Shown: positions 14,173 to 28,742, numbered from the stretch's first letter. The stretch is 64,000 bases of DNA from Eledone cirrhosa (GCA_964016885.1 OZ024745.1:24242001-24306000); one strand, 5' to 3'. The notes: a model not told the origin generated them from the letters alone. Numbers and translations are program-made.

Positions 14173-14367
14173 AATAATAATAATTGTTTCTACTTTTGGC
14201 ACAAGGCCAGCAATAACCCAGTACATTACTGGTACTTTATTTTATCGACCCGTAAGGATGAAAGGCAAAGTTAACCTCGGCGGGATTTGAACTCAGATCA
14301 TAAAGGGACGTAACTATGCTAGAAAGTATGGCGTCCGACCCTCTACAGATACTGCCAATCCACCGCC
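14173..14367 (-). mobile_element. tRNA-derived SINE, full length; a partial copy follows at 14484-14585
   Basis: Same family motifs as 1457-1647. Confidence 0.9.
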
Positions 14368-14738
14368 CTTTGTTTGTGTGTTGTTGAAGACTCTTTTGAG
14401 GGTAGAGGAAAATATTGATTGAGATGGTTACATTTTACCAAATATTTTTACGTAACGCCATATGGGTGGACCCTGTATTTACAATAATAATAATTGCTTC
14501 TACTTTAGGCACAAGGCCAGCAATTACCCAGTGCATTACTGGTACTTTATTTTATCGACCCCGTAAGGATGAAAGACAAAGTCAATAATAATAATATACG
14601 AAGACAAGACCTTTGAAAGCAGGTCTATCTCCATATCAATAATCTGCAGTGCCTTAGATTCGCATTAGAATACATGATTAAAAGTATTACTTCGGAGACT
14701 GTCGGAGGTTGTCTGAAGACGTCGAGTCATGACTTGTG

Positions 14739-14806
<68 letters not shown>

Positions 14807-14931
14807 CCACACTCAACTTTACACATATAACATACACACAAATAAACTAAAACTACGTACTATACACACATACAACTCTTTAGAAACGCACACCTAATTA
14901 CAAACATAACGGACATGCTCATACATACATG

Positions 14932-14982
<51 letters not shown>

Positions 14983-14986
14983 ATAT

Positions 14987-15526
<540 letters not shown>

Positions 15527-16074
15527 CATGTGTGTGTGTGTGTGTATGCATGCATGTGTGTGTTTTTTCTGTGGAAGTAATTAATCCAATTTGCTATGTG
15601 AATATGCTTCGCTGAGGTGATCTAATAATATTGAAACATATTCGCTGCTTTCACCAAGTTGGTGTAAATCAGGGTCCACTCATATGTCGTTACGTAAAAA
15701 TATTTGGTAAAATGTAACCATCTCAATCAATATTTTCCTCTACCCTCAAAAGAGTCTTCAACAACACACACACAATAGAATGTAAGAAAATGATCGTGAT
15801 TCTAAACTAACCTTGGCTCCCAACAGACTAACTAATTTAAGAAGATGCATTAAAAAATCAAAATTAATTAGATATAGAAATAGAAATATAAAACTTTTTT
15901 AAAAAAAGCATACACAATGGAAATACTAACATCAAACATATAAACACTAAGAATATAATTCCCCCTGACAGACATAGCACAAACAGAATTAAGAAAATAA
16001 ATACAATACTATAAAACCAAACCACAACATATTCCCTGAGTATTGACTGAACTGAGGAAAACTGAAGAAAGACA

Positions 16075-17510
16075 CAGCTAATAGATATGTTTCTTTTATT
16101 TGCCACCAGGGCATCAAAAGTGGGACAAGTACAATGGGGGAGTTTACAAAACAAGGCGTCCTCAATAAGGAGGAGGCAATAACAAAATATAAAAATAAAA
16201 TAAAATATAACAATAAAATATATAACAAAATCCTCAATAGAGAAAAAAGTGTGCAACCCTTTTCCTCAGGAGCACAGAGAAGGGGTGCTCCCTTGGTCTT
16301 TCATCTTCCTCACCTATAGTCTGATGTAGAGTGAAGGCCCATTCACACGGGCCATTCTCGCCACTTTCACCCATCTTTCATAAAAACGGCTGGGGTGCAG
16401 CACCTCTCTCTCCATCCTGATCCTTCTTCCGAAATGATATCGGAAGAAACGGACCAGTTGTTGGCCAGAGAGAAAGGTGTCTGACCTCAGTCCTTTCAGG
16501 CGCGTCCACCATACAACCTCTTTCGCCATGGCTATTACGCACAGAAACACCACCTCTCCTTCGTTTTTGAAGAGGGGAGGCGGCTTGATCGTTACAATAG
16601 ACTCGGTGGTCAACCGGATCGGTCCCACCCTTGACAGCAGTTGTTCGACATAGCCCCACAGATCAGCAATGCCCGAGCAGTGTACCAATGCGTGTGCAAC
16701 GGTTTCCTCGTCGCACACGCATCTGGGACAGATCTTTTTCGAGGGGTCCCTACCCGGGCGCCCGTGTCTGTAGAGCCTTTCTCGAACGGGCAGAGCCCTT
16801 CTGTAGCATTGCCAGGCCAGGCCGAACAGGTTGGCCAGTTCGTCTTCCTCCATGCCTAGGGCTTCTCCGAGGGCGTCGTCGCACCTGCTAACCACCAGCC
16901 CTCTATAGAATGACGAGGTGGATTCTCCACTGACAGCCGGGTCCGCCTGCCAGAGAGCCGTGAGCGCCTGGGCACACTCGGTGTGCCAGGCGCCCAGTTT
17001 TCTCGGTCTTTGCTTGACCCAGGATTGCAGCTCGGTGAGTGAGACGAGTCTGGGAAAGGCTCGCCTCACAAACGGGGCCCACACCGGTTGACCGGAGAGG
17101 AATACCTGGAGGTGCCGTAGCCTTAATGCGTGTTTACGTATCATTAGCCACAGCATACCCAGCCCTCCTTTCGAAGGGTGTTGACAGCAGATGGATCTCC
17201 TCACCATAGGAGCCCGCTTCTTCCAAAGGAATTGGAAGAGTGCGCGCTCCATTTTGGCGAGCGTTTCCCTTGGGCAAGGCACAACGGTCAGGCGGTAGTA
17301 GATGACGGACGCTATATAAGTGTTCGCCACCTCCGCCCGACCTTTCAGGGACAGTTTGCACTCGGCCCACTTCTGGGTCAGTGCAAACACCCTGTTCGTT
17401 ACCTCACCTCAGTTCTTCTCCACCTGGAGGTCTGGTCCGAACCAGACCCCGAGCAACTTCACCGGGCCCTCCGTCCAGCGCCCGACGACGCCATGGGAGG
17501 GCATCGATCT
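16075..17510 (-). mobile_element. 5'-truncated Tx1/L1-clade LINE (ORF2 C-terminal part 17390-16314 plus 3' UTR)
   Basis: KLLGVWFG, LSLKGRAEVANTYIAS, GGLG and CPRC..EETVAHALVHC (zf-RVT-like). AATAAA on the minus strand near 16100. GC-rich against the flanks. Confidence 0.9.
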
Positions 17511-17539
17511 GATAGATATTAATGTAAATAGGAAAGTTA

Positions 17540-17750
17540 GGGTGGTGGATTAGTAGTATCGGTAGAGCGTCGGACAATACGTTTTGTGGCATAGAGTTAC
17601 GGCTCTTTACATTCTGAGTTCAAATCCCGCCATTCATCCTTACAGAATCGATAAAATAAAGTATCAGTAATACACTGGGGGGGGGGTCGATTTAATCGAC
17701 TTTCCCCTGCCCCAAAATGGTTGGCCTTGTGCCTAAATCAGAAACCAATA
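17540..17750 (+). mobile_element. tRNA-derived SINE with 14-bp target-site duplication
   Basis: Family motifs. TAAATAGGAAAGTT occurs at 17525-17538 and 17751-17764. Confidence 0.92.
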
Positions 17751-19039
17751 TAAATAGGAAAGTTTAAAATAAGAATATTTTAGAGCCAGAAATATTGAAA
17801 ATGACAATAATTTAAAAGTGGAAATTGTTAAAGAATTAAAATATTTAAAATATTTTCCTGTGGTCCAACAAAAATACTTCCCCACTAAAAAAATTAACAG
17901 TTGAAAATATTAAAAACATCAACAAGAGCACAAAATGAAGTGGTAAGAAACTCTGAGGAGAGCTGAACAGCAGAAAGTCTTCTGAGAAGAACACCCCCAC
18001 TAAAGTATGAGAATCAGCCCTTAACTTCTTACACTGTAAAGGGTCCAGACAATATCCTGGTCATTACTCCTGGGTGCCCTTCTGCTGACATTTAGCCATT
18101 CTGATATCAAAGACTTGTTGTATATTTAAACCGTATGGATATTTTGTTGGCAGGATCTAGTTGGAACTCATTTCAGTTACCTTTGCTTTCAAACTTATAT
18201 TTAAACACTTTCTTGGGTTTGAAAATAACGTTGGTAGTGACGGTAACGTTGAGACGTCAATAGTATCACCGATGCCACTCTAACACTATAACAATGAAAA
18301 CGTGACCAGCCAGTGTAGACTTGGTACAGATAAGAACATTAATATCAGCCGGGAAAATCAAATAATCTATACACCAATAAGAGAAGTCAGAAATGAAATT
18401 GGGCAATTCTTCAAAAGTACTTATACAAGAAATACATTGAAACTCAAGGAAACAACGTGGAAAAACAAACACCGACAGAAATATATAATATATCTCTCAA
18501 TCATTTATAAAATCAACAGAGAGATGTTAATGTAAAAACAAAGAAATCGAAACAGATTGAAATGATAAAATGTACAACAAAAAGTATCCCAAATCAAAAC
18601 TTTTAAAAATCAAAGATCCCTGCTAAATCGCAAATAATTCAATGTTATCATTGTTGAATATGGTATATCTTTGCACCAAACAAATATTTTAATTCCAGTT
18701 CTACATTATATTATCTTGAACAGTGTAGAAAATATGTAAACATATAACCACGAGAGCTAGTTACTGTTAGGTCGGCCTTGATTCTAGCTGTTCAGTATAC
18801 CCGTATAAAACAGTATGCCGTGGGATGTACTTGCATACGCAAAAATTAAAAACTAGGCTTTTTTCAATATAGATCGATGTAAAAAATACGTATTGAAATA
18901 AGTATTGGGGTCAATAAGATAGACTAAAACTGCTCAAGCATGGCCTAGTCAGACAACTCAAACCAACTGAGGATTAAATGAATTGATTTATGAAAGAAAC
19001 CATATATATCTGCATGTATAAATGTAAGCTGGCATACGC

Positions 19040-19072
<33 letters not shown>

Positions 19073-19296
19073 CGTGAGTGTTTATATATTTATATATATA
19101 ATTTATATATATATATAAGTTTATATACATTTATTTATATATATATATATGTGTGCGTGTGTTTATATATATACATATATAGAATATATACATATATATA
19201 TATGTGTGTATAGAGAAAGAGGGGGAGAGAGGGAGAGGCAAAGAGAAAAAGGATGAGATGAAATAGAGAAAGCGAGAGAGAAATAATATATATATA

Positions 19297-19542
<246 letters not shown>

Positions 19543-19822
19543 CTAGGAGATGAAAACGATTGTGAGTGAGGAAGTGGTAAAATACCGGAGACACATCGAC
19601 TGGAGAAGATGTTCATCACACGCTGGTATTATGTAATAAATATACGGCTGTTCTGACAATCAGAAATGATTCATTGATTGTCAAAAAATCTAGGCAGAAA
19701 CTCAACTATATATTTTATGTTATAATAAACCAACACCATTATTAACAACATATACATATGTATTTTCATGAATAGATTCTCAAAGCGTATATATACACTC
19801 ACATTGTACACACACTCACATT

Positions 19823-19880
<58 letters not shown>

Positions 19881-19907
19881 ACATACACACATATACACAT
19901 ACACACA

Positions 19908-19964
<57 letters not shown>

Positions 19965-20246
19965 ACACATACACGCACACACATATACACATACACACGC
20001 ACACATATATACATACATGTTTATATGTATATGTACATAGGTATGTATGTATTTATGTATGTATGCATAAAGTAAACAGAACTAACAAAGCAAATGACTC
20101 AGTACAATGAAGAAATATATTATTTTTGCGCTTCATATAGTAGATAAAGAGTTTTAACATTTCGGACGCTAGTCCTCCACCAGAAAATTGAATGAGAAAT
20201 TAATGAACAAATAGAAAGATAGAGGAGAGTGAACGGAGGAAGAAAC

Positions 20247-20328
<82 letters not shown>

Positions 20329-20333
<5 letters not shown>

Positions 20334-21103
20334 AGTATGTACACGTACATACATATATGTATACAGACGTACAGTAGTATGTATATATATATACATACAT
20401 GCACACATATATATATATATGTACGTATGGATTCACCGAACATTTATTATAATGCTCGGTGTTTTTGTCACCAAACATCCCGTATTAAGCCATAGTGTCT
20501 AGCAACCATCGTTGCTCGTTTATTCAACACTGACAAAGGAACGCTGTACTAGTTTCAAGCTTATTAGCTATCGTCAGCAACGTATACCTTCCTGCCAGAT
20601 TGTTGAACGTATATACTTACCTTTTGCATATTAACCGCTGAGTAGCCCAATTTGCATATCGAGTGGGTTAATCGGCCGGGTGCACCGAAAACGATAAACG
20701 GAAAAAATGAAACGAAATTTCATTTCCCACTCTTAGTACGGCTGTTACTTAAATATAAGTATGTACACGTACATACATATATGTATACAGACGTACAGTA
20801 GTATGTATATATATATACATACATGCACACATATATATATATGTACGTATATGCAAATTGGGCTACTCAGCCGTTAATATGCATAAGGTAAGTATATACG
20901 TTCAACAATCTGGCAGGAAGGTATACGTTGCAGACGATAGCTAATAAGCTTGAAACTAGTACAGCGTTCCTTTGTCAGTGTCGAACAAACGAGCAACGAT
21001 GGTTGCTAGACACTACGGCTTAATACGGGATGTTTGTTTACAAACACACCGAGCATTATAATAAATGTTCGGTGAATCCATACGTACATATATATATGTG
21101 TGC

Positions 21104-21138
<35 letters not shown>

Positions 21139-21243
21139 CTACTGTACGTCTGTATACATATATGTATGTACGTGTACATACTTATATTTAAGTAACAGCC
21201 GTACTAAGAGTGGGAAATGAAATTTCGTTTCTTTTTTCCGTTT
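20329..21243. mobile_element. Complex fold-back element family C (A-B-spacer-C-A-B'-A'-C')
   Basis: 20430-20659 is inverted at about 20849-21079, and 20696-20850 is inverted at about 21080-21243. The right end abuts (TA)n. Confidence 0.85.
20541..20583 (-). ncRNA. Minimal type I hammerhead ribozyme
   Basis: acgttg CTGACGA t agct aata agct t GAAA ctag TA cagcgt: 6-bp stem I, 4-bp stem II, palindromic stem III. Confidence 0.85.
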
Positions 21244-21255
21244 ATATATATATAT

Positions 21256-21700
21256 ATATTGTTATGCTTTGGGAGGGTCATGTTGCCAATAAGAAACACA
21301 CGCACCGATGCTTTCACTCCAATTTATTATAAATTAAATTTATAAATTTAAGAATTTATAAATTTCCGGTTGGTTTAGAACACACACAAAAACAAGATGG
21401 CGTAGGACAGAACAAAGGAGAGGCACAAAACAAAGAAAAGAATCCCCAGTCACTGAAGAGGTCACAGAATGTGTGACGAAAGAACTTTGACAATATTTGA
21501 ACAACCGTCCGGTTATGGAACCAGCCAACCAACCGGAAATTTATAAATTCTTAAATGTATAAATTTAATTTATAATAAATTGGAGTGAAAGCATCGGTGC
21601 GTGTGTTTCTTATTGGCAACATGACCCTCCCAAAGCATAACAATATCGATTTCAGCACACGTTTTCAGATAAAGAATCTTGCTAAACAAATTCAGAAACG

Positions 21701-21703
<3 letters not shown>
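21256..21703 (+). mobile_element. Fold-back element family D: arms 21256-21375 and 21527-21646, tail to 21703; non-autonomous relative of the PLE at 48718-50609
   Basis: Near-perfect 120-bp inverted repeat between (TA)n tracts. Shares the ATGACCCTCCCAA..ATAACA terminus, AA(G/A)ATGGCGTAG and the ribozyme core with the 48 kb copies. Confidence 0.85.
21449..21491 (+). ncRNA. Minimal hammerhead ribozyme motif
   Basis: gtca CTGAAGA g gtcaca gaatg tgtgac GAAA gaac TT tgac. Stems I and II pair; stem III is minimal. Confidence 0.7.
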
Positions 21704-21799
<96 letters not shown>

Positions 21800-21820
21800 A
21801 TATATATATATATATATATA

Positions 21821-21930
21821 CAATGATATTAAATAAATGGAAACTATATTTATGAAACAATATTTATTCTATTATATATATTTCAAGGGTACCAAAAATT
21901 TGGTACGTTATCATCAGATAAAATATGAAG
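21821..21930 (-). mobile_element. Solo pLTR end related to the PLE at 56331-59497, with hammerhead at 21865-21925
   Basis: GATATTAAATAAATGGAAACTATATTTAT is shared with 56333. Minus strand reads tattttat CTGATGA taac gtacc aaatttt t ggtac cctt GAAA tatata TA atagaata. Confidence 0.8.
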
Positions 21931-22148
21931 TGGGTTTTATAAATTTTGACATAACCAAGGATAATATACCTTAACGGTTCAAATTATCCCAGGATAGTGA
22001 AGAGAAAAGTCAGATATTTCAAATTATTAAGATGAGTATGTAAATGAGGTTTATGTGAAAAGGCTATCTACGAGTATTCTGCACACTTGCATACCCCCCC
22101 CCCACTCACTCACACACACACACATACATACACACACAAACACACACG

Positions 22149-22183
<35 letters not shown>

Positions 22184-22737
22184 TATTTCCTTACAGATAT
22201 TGGAATCCCCGAGCTGCCAATCTTTCTCGTCTTCACTCCAAGGAATTAAGTTTTAGATTTTCAGTATCACCCTGTATATCACCCGTTTCATTAATGCTCT
22301 ATTGTTGGTGTAATATCATTGGATTGCTACAATTTCCCACAATTAATTGAACACTATGCTGTGATCATAGTTGCGAGCAGTAGTCCGGGCGCCTCAGAAC
22401 AAATGCCCTCCTTCTCAATGATCTCAGAATTCACACGACTAGTCGTCTACTATCTTAGGCATACGAGTATGAAACGACGCATTATTATCCTCAGATCACA
22501 CACTGATTGTGACCTTGGGAGTTCAGTCTCGCCTGGCCGTGTATATCATAGTTGCAATGTGTTAGTATTTGTGTTCTGATAGCGGAAAATTTGAAATTAA
22601 ATGGTATATTATTGTCTTCAGTGCGCAACAAGCAATTTAACAGTGGAGAAGTCGTACTTAGAAATACTGCTTCATTTAAAATAAGGCGAACTCCAGGAAT
22701 TCTATTGGGGTAATTAGATGGTCTAATGCTTAGAATA

Positions 22738-23067
22738 GAGTGAAACCTAGGTTCACGAACTTAATTCGTTCTTGAAGGTCGTTCGTCATCCGAAATGTTC
22801 GTAAACGAAACTTGTTTTTTCCATACGAAATGTTGGAAGAGAAATATGGTGAGATAGGGAGATTGTGTGTGAAAAACAGATGGACATCACCATAGCAATT
22901 AACTACACAGTAAGTGATACTTTCCTGCTGATACTCCAAGCTTGTTACCACCCATTGTTACCGGGTTGCGCGTTCGTTACTCGAGACACTATTCGTGAAC
23001 CGAGATGCTTTATGTTCGGAAAAATTGTTCATGACAAGAGGTGTTTGTGAACCGAGGTTCCAGTCTG
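22738..23067. mobile_element. Tigger/pogo-like MITE
   Basis: Imperfect TIRs GAGTGAAACCTAGGTTCACGAAC / GTTTGTGAACCGAGGTTCCAGTCTG, TA flanks, internal GTTCG repeats. Confidence 0.65.
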
Positions 23068-23750
23068 TAGCGGTTGGGAAATTTCAGACTCAATAAGAAG
23101 TTTGAGATGTTACATAGCGTTCTGAGATTGTGCGTGTGGGTTAAGAGATTTTTGTGTATTAGCTTAATTACATTCAATATAATGCAGATTACTGCTGGCC
23201 CAAAACATTCGTAATGCCTTTCCTTTATATATAGTCTCTGATGACAAAGTTTCTTTAACAATGTCACGTAAGATCATATCAAATCCATTGTTCTGACTAT
23301 ACTCGCTAATATAATAAAAATCAGAATTTTTCTTAGCTAAATGAGAATTAATTATTTCAAAATTAATTCTTAGTTTCTTGAAATTATCGCCACTTTGTAG
23401 ATTACCAACGATTCGGGCTAGACTTTAGTTTTTATTACCCAAAACGGAGCGAGATTTGTATTCATGTAGAATTACTTGCACAAACCTTCAACATACAACA
23501 TTTATTCACATATCTCAATCCACGGCATTGACTTATTCAAGCCTATTTTTCTTAGCATATATAACGTGTTTTGAGAATTGATTAAGAAATGCATTCTGGG
23601 ACAGAGTGGCCTCAATAAAATAATGTATATAGCTTTATATAGAATAGTCTAAATAAACCAAAAACATTTGACGTCAACAATATGGGAAATACACACACAC
23701 ACACACACACGCACACACGCACGCGCACACACCCACACACACATACATAT

Positions 23751-23787
<37 letters not shown>

Positions 23788-23968
23788 CTTATATGAAGGT
23801 TTGATTGGACAATATATATTGTAGTCAGCATATGTAGACAATTATAATGACACAGAAACATATGTTAAAGCAAATAAATTCCTAATCTCCTTTCTCACCG
23901 ATGTTTATATTTTTCTTGGTGCAATACCTGCTTATATATATATGTATATATATATATATATATATATA

Positions 23969-24156
23969 CAGATTAGAGCAAACATCATGAGCGCTCTATC
24001 TCAAAACTATTTTTGAAAAGCATTAGAAATGTGCAACCGGTAAAAACTTAAAACTGAAATTGAATACTAACCAATACTTATTACTAATTTATACTTATTC
24101 CTAATTAAACTATTTTTCACTGGGAAAAATGTGTCACCATTTTCTTTTCCTTTTTA

Positions 24157-24161
<5 letters not shown>
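23969..24161 (+). mobile_element. Solo arm of fold-back family E (see 52081-52498), between (TA)n tracts
   Basis: Colinear and similar to 52307-52495 (GATTAGAGCAAACATCA..GCTCTATCTCAAAA..TTTAC(T/C)AA-(TA)n). Confidence 0.85.
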
Positions 24162-24233
<72 letters not shown>

Positions 24234-24236
<3 letters not shown>

Positions 24237-24472
24237 TCAGACTCAGAAGCTCCCGCGTCTTGCGGCGTATGAGGCAATCATAGTGTTCCACCGCGTTCGG
24301 TCAGCAGCCAGTTGCACAGCGTCCCGCCATTGTCTGTTTGTCGCTCGCAGGTCCCTCTCAACTGTCTGGCGCCAGTTCATTTTGGGTCGCCCTCTCCGTC
24401 TGCTTCCCTGTGGGTTCCATTTAAGTACTTGGTTCGCCAGTCTCTCCGGGGGAAGTCTCAAAGCGTGCCCAA

Positions 24473-24473
<1 letters not shown>
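24234..24473 (-). mobile_element. RTE-like LINE 3' end fragment
   Basis: FGHALRLPPERLANQVLKWNPQGSRRRGRPKMNWRQTVERDL..LAADRTRW, then a stop and a short TGAG-repeat tail, inside microsatellites. Confidence 0.85.
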
Positions 24474-24535
<62 letters not shown>

Positions 24536-24811
24536 ATACAAAGCTTTTAGCTTTTGTTTACAAACAACAGAGAATTTGAAATTAGATTGTGAAAAAGTGC
24601 TTCCGTTGTATTTTTAAAAATAAATTAGCCTAACAATTGTAGTTATAAAAAATCCATAGAATGGAAAAATGAATGAGCATTGATGCCCATGGGATACGAA
24701 CCCACATATCTGGCCTGGGAGGGTCATATTACCAATAAATCTTATAAAACAAGTACAGAAACGAAATACATATATACCTGTCTCTCTTTCTCTTTCTTTC
24801 TTCCTCTCTTT

Positions 24812-24850
<39 letters not shown>

Positions 24851-25112
24851 TTTATTAAGAGTAACCAGTGAGCCTTGTCATCTGGAGTTTCACTTGCGTA
24901 TTCGCACGATCATCAGACAAGACTAAATGCTTCAATAACAGAGAAAGTATAAATAGGGGTAGACTGATGGATGGGTGGGAAGTGGATGATAGGTGTTTCT
25001 GAATGGGTGGGTCAGGAGGAAGAGATGGGAGTTATGAAAAGAAGGAAAGCAAAGAAGGAGGATACCATGTGTCATGATAGTGATAGAAATAATGTTGATG
25101 ATAGGAATTAGT

Positions 25113-25214
<102 letters not shown>

Positions 25215-25269
25215 TTCTCGGCATATATATTATATATACATCACACACACTCACACACACACATATATA

Positions 25270-25618
25270 CAGGGTGCGGACGATATTTGCTCGCAATTTT
25301 CAACTGGTAATTTCATGTGGGGCGCAGTGGAACGAGACACCAACAGATCTAGCTGCAATACGAAAGACGATCTGAAGGCCAGGATCACAAGTGCTTTTAG
25401 GGGCCTAAGTCGGGGGACAGTGACGAAGGCCTGTAGCCGGTTCCGAGGCCGCCTTGAGGCCGTTATCAAAGCTAATGGCGGGTTTATCGAGTGAGATCGA
25501 AAGAACAAGTCATGAAGAGAAACTGACCCAAGTTTGATAAATAAATCTTAAGAAATAAAACTACTGTGTTACTTTTTCCTAGACAGTAAGCTTGCGAACA
25601 AATATCGTCCGCACACTG
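25270..25618 (+). mobile_element. Tc1/mariner (maT/DD37D-like) internal-deletion derivative with transposase C-terminus at 25312-25494
   Basis: 27-bp TIRs CAGGGTGCGGACGATATTTGCTCGCAA / TTGCGAACAAATATCGTCCGCACACTG and TA flanks. Translation FMWGAVERDTNRSSCNTKDDLKARI..ACSRFRGRLEAVIKANGGFIE*. Confidence 0.92.
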
Positions 25619-26173
25619 TATATATATATATATATATATAATATTAAAAATACTATTTATAGTTATGTATATACTATACTATAAACAACTATAAACAGGG
25701 AAGGTCAGTAATAAACCTATATCGTCCATAACACGTAATGTTATGTAATACCTTGCCATACAGTACTCATATATGCCTAGTATATTTGTTTGTTTGCTTC
25801 CCAGATATATGACTAACGCATGTACAATCTCTACACGATTGAATACTCCTTTCACATTGCTTCTTTAATTATTAGACTATTCTCTTGTATTATCTGTCGC
25901 ATGTATTCCAATCTGCGCTTTTAATTTTAACTTTAACTTTAACTTGAATTTGAATTATTGTACAATTCTCGTATAATATATGTCGCATCCATTCCACCCT
26001 ATATATACTAAACTGTTGTTCACAACATCAATATATATGTATCTATATGATTCTTCAGTTAAATAGGAGTTTAATTATATGTACAATATAATGCCTCGAT
26101 GACCCCAAACTAAAATTTGGAAGAAACAATTGTCAGCGATTAAATGATTTAAACATAACTTTGATACTTATGT

Positions 26174-26623
<450 letters not shown>

Positions 26624-27277
26624 TGTTTGACGTGTGAATGTGTATAGCTATACATACACACGTCATATGTACGAATAAGTGCATGGCTGTATGCATGTAT
26701 CTATGTATGTATGTTTGTATACATGTATGTATAAATATATGTATGTGTGTGCATGTATGTATGCATGTATGTATGCATGCGTGTATCTATGCATGCGTGT
26801 ATCTATGCGCGCACCTATGCCTGCATGTATGTATGTATGGATAGATGTCGGGTCACTGTTGAGTGCTACTGGTAAAATGTAAGCCAGTACAACCAGTCGC
26901 ATGGTCGGGTCGTCGGCGACTAAACTGGCAACCCCACCAAGTTTACTTGGTGAGGAGGGTGATTTTGGACACCCTGCAGGACAAAAACAAAACCTGACAA
27001 AGGGCAGAAGAACTAATAAGAGTCAATAGCCATCCGAAAGTGTGTAAATATGTATATACACATGTGCATATGTATGTATATGTGTATATACATGGGTGCA
27101 TGTGTATGTATATGTGCGGGGACATAGAAATAGTCGGGCTGGTTGAACCACTGGGTGTGAAGGGCCCCTAGCCTTTGTCAGAGCATTTTTACATATGCAT
27201 ATATGTATGCATGTAATTATGTATGTATGTATGTATGTATGTATGTATGTATGTATGTATGTATGTATGTATGTATG

Positions 27278-27369
<92 letters not shown>

Positions 27370-27396
27370 TGTATGTATGTATGTATGTATGTATGT

Positions 27397-27670
27397 CAGG
27401 GTATTCTTCTAGGAGAAGGCAACTCAGGAAACTGGGATAACTCCGACATAAAACCTGCGGCTCAGTAGTTACCGATGATGTTGATCTTTTCTTCTTTTCG
27501 GGTTATAGCTACTGTCTCTCAGAGAGTGGGATTGGCTCAGTGCACAGTCTTTCCTCACTTTAAAAAATATCTTCATGCACAGGCATTACACGATAGAATT
27601 AATTAATAATTATTAATAATGGTATATCGTGCAATGGCCATACTCGATAACGAGGGGGCAGCCATCATCA
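27397..27670 (+). mobile_element. Non-autonomous RTE-related retroposon in (ATGT)n
   Basis: Similar to 27925-28256 (GATGTTGA..TTCTTCTTTT..AGAGAGTGGGA..GCACAGGCATT; tail TGGCC.TACTCGA.AACGAG..GGCAGCCA). Confidence 0.6.
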
Positions 27671-27924
27671 TGTATGTATGTATATATGTATGTATATATG
27701 AATGTATGTACGTATGCATGTATGTATGAATGTATGTATGTATGTATGTATGCACGTAGATATGTATGTATGTATGTATTTACGTATGCATGTATGTATG
27801 AATGTATGTATGTATGTATGAATGAATGTATGCATGCATATATGTATGCATGTATGTATCTATGTATGTATGAATGTATGTATGTATGATTGTATGTATG
27901 AATGTATGTATGTATGTATGTATT

Positions 27925-28256
27925 GATGGTATCCAATGATGTTGACTTGTTCTTCTTTTTGGTAAATATCATCTTGGTTAAGAGAGTGGGACTGGCTTTG
28001 TGCAGTGCTTTGCTCACTATAAAAGCTTCACGGCACAGGCATTGCTTTATATCTGGAGATCTCTCTGCACTTGTCATCACATGGTACCATGGGCCCAGCA
28101 CTATGTGTCAGTAATTGTCACAAGTGTAGTGTTTGTACCAGAGTTTTCAAGTCGCTGGCTGGACTAAAAAGTCACACTCGTTCAGCGCATCGGTAAGGGT
28201 TCTCTTACATGGATATAAAGTAGTGGCCGTACTCGAAAACGAGTTGGCAGCCACCA
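27925..28256 (+). mobile_element. Non-autonomous RTE-related retroposon retaining a zinc-finger coding remnant
   Basis: About 28116-28181 translates to CHKCSVCTRVFKSLAGLKSHTR, like the RTE C-terminus at 1-466. Flanked by (ATGT)n and (TA)n. Confidence 0.65.
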
Positions 28257-28563
28257 TATATATATATGTATATATGTATATACGTATGAATATATGTATG
28301 TATGCATGTACGTACCTATGTATATATGTGTGTACGTACGCATGTATGTATATATGTATGTATGTATGAGTATAGAAACAGCTGACGATTCACTTGGTCG
28401 GTTTTCTGCGTTTCCTGCTACGTGAGGCTGGTCGTTAAGACGATGGCGGCTACTCTATTTCTCGTTTGGAGAGCTAAACGCTAATAGGACAGACACTAAT
28501 AGGAGAAAAACTAATAAATGTTCATCTACGTATACAAACAAATAGAAACAAATTTATATCCTT

Positions 28564-28617
<54 letters not shown>

Positions 28618-28682
28618 TTTTTTTCATTTTGTAAAAAAAAAAAAAATAAATTTAAAAAAAAACCCTTACTTTCTAATATATA

Positions 28683-28742
<60 letters not shown>

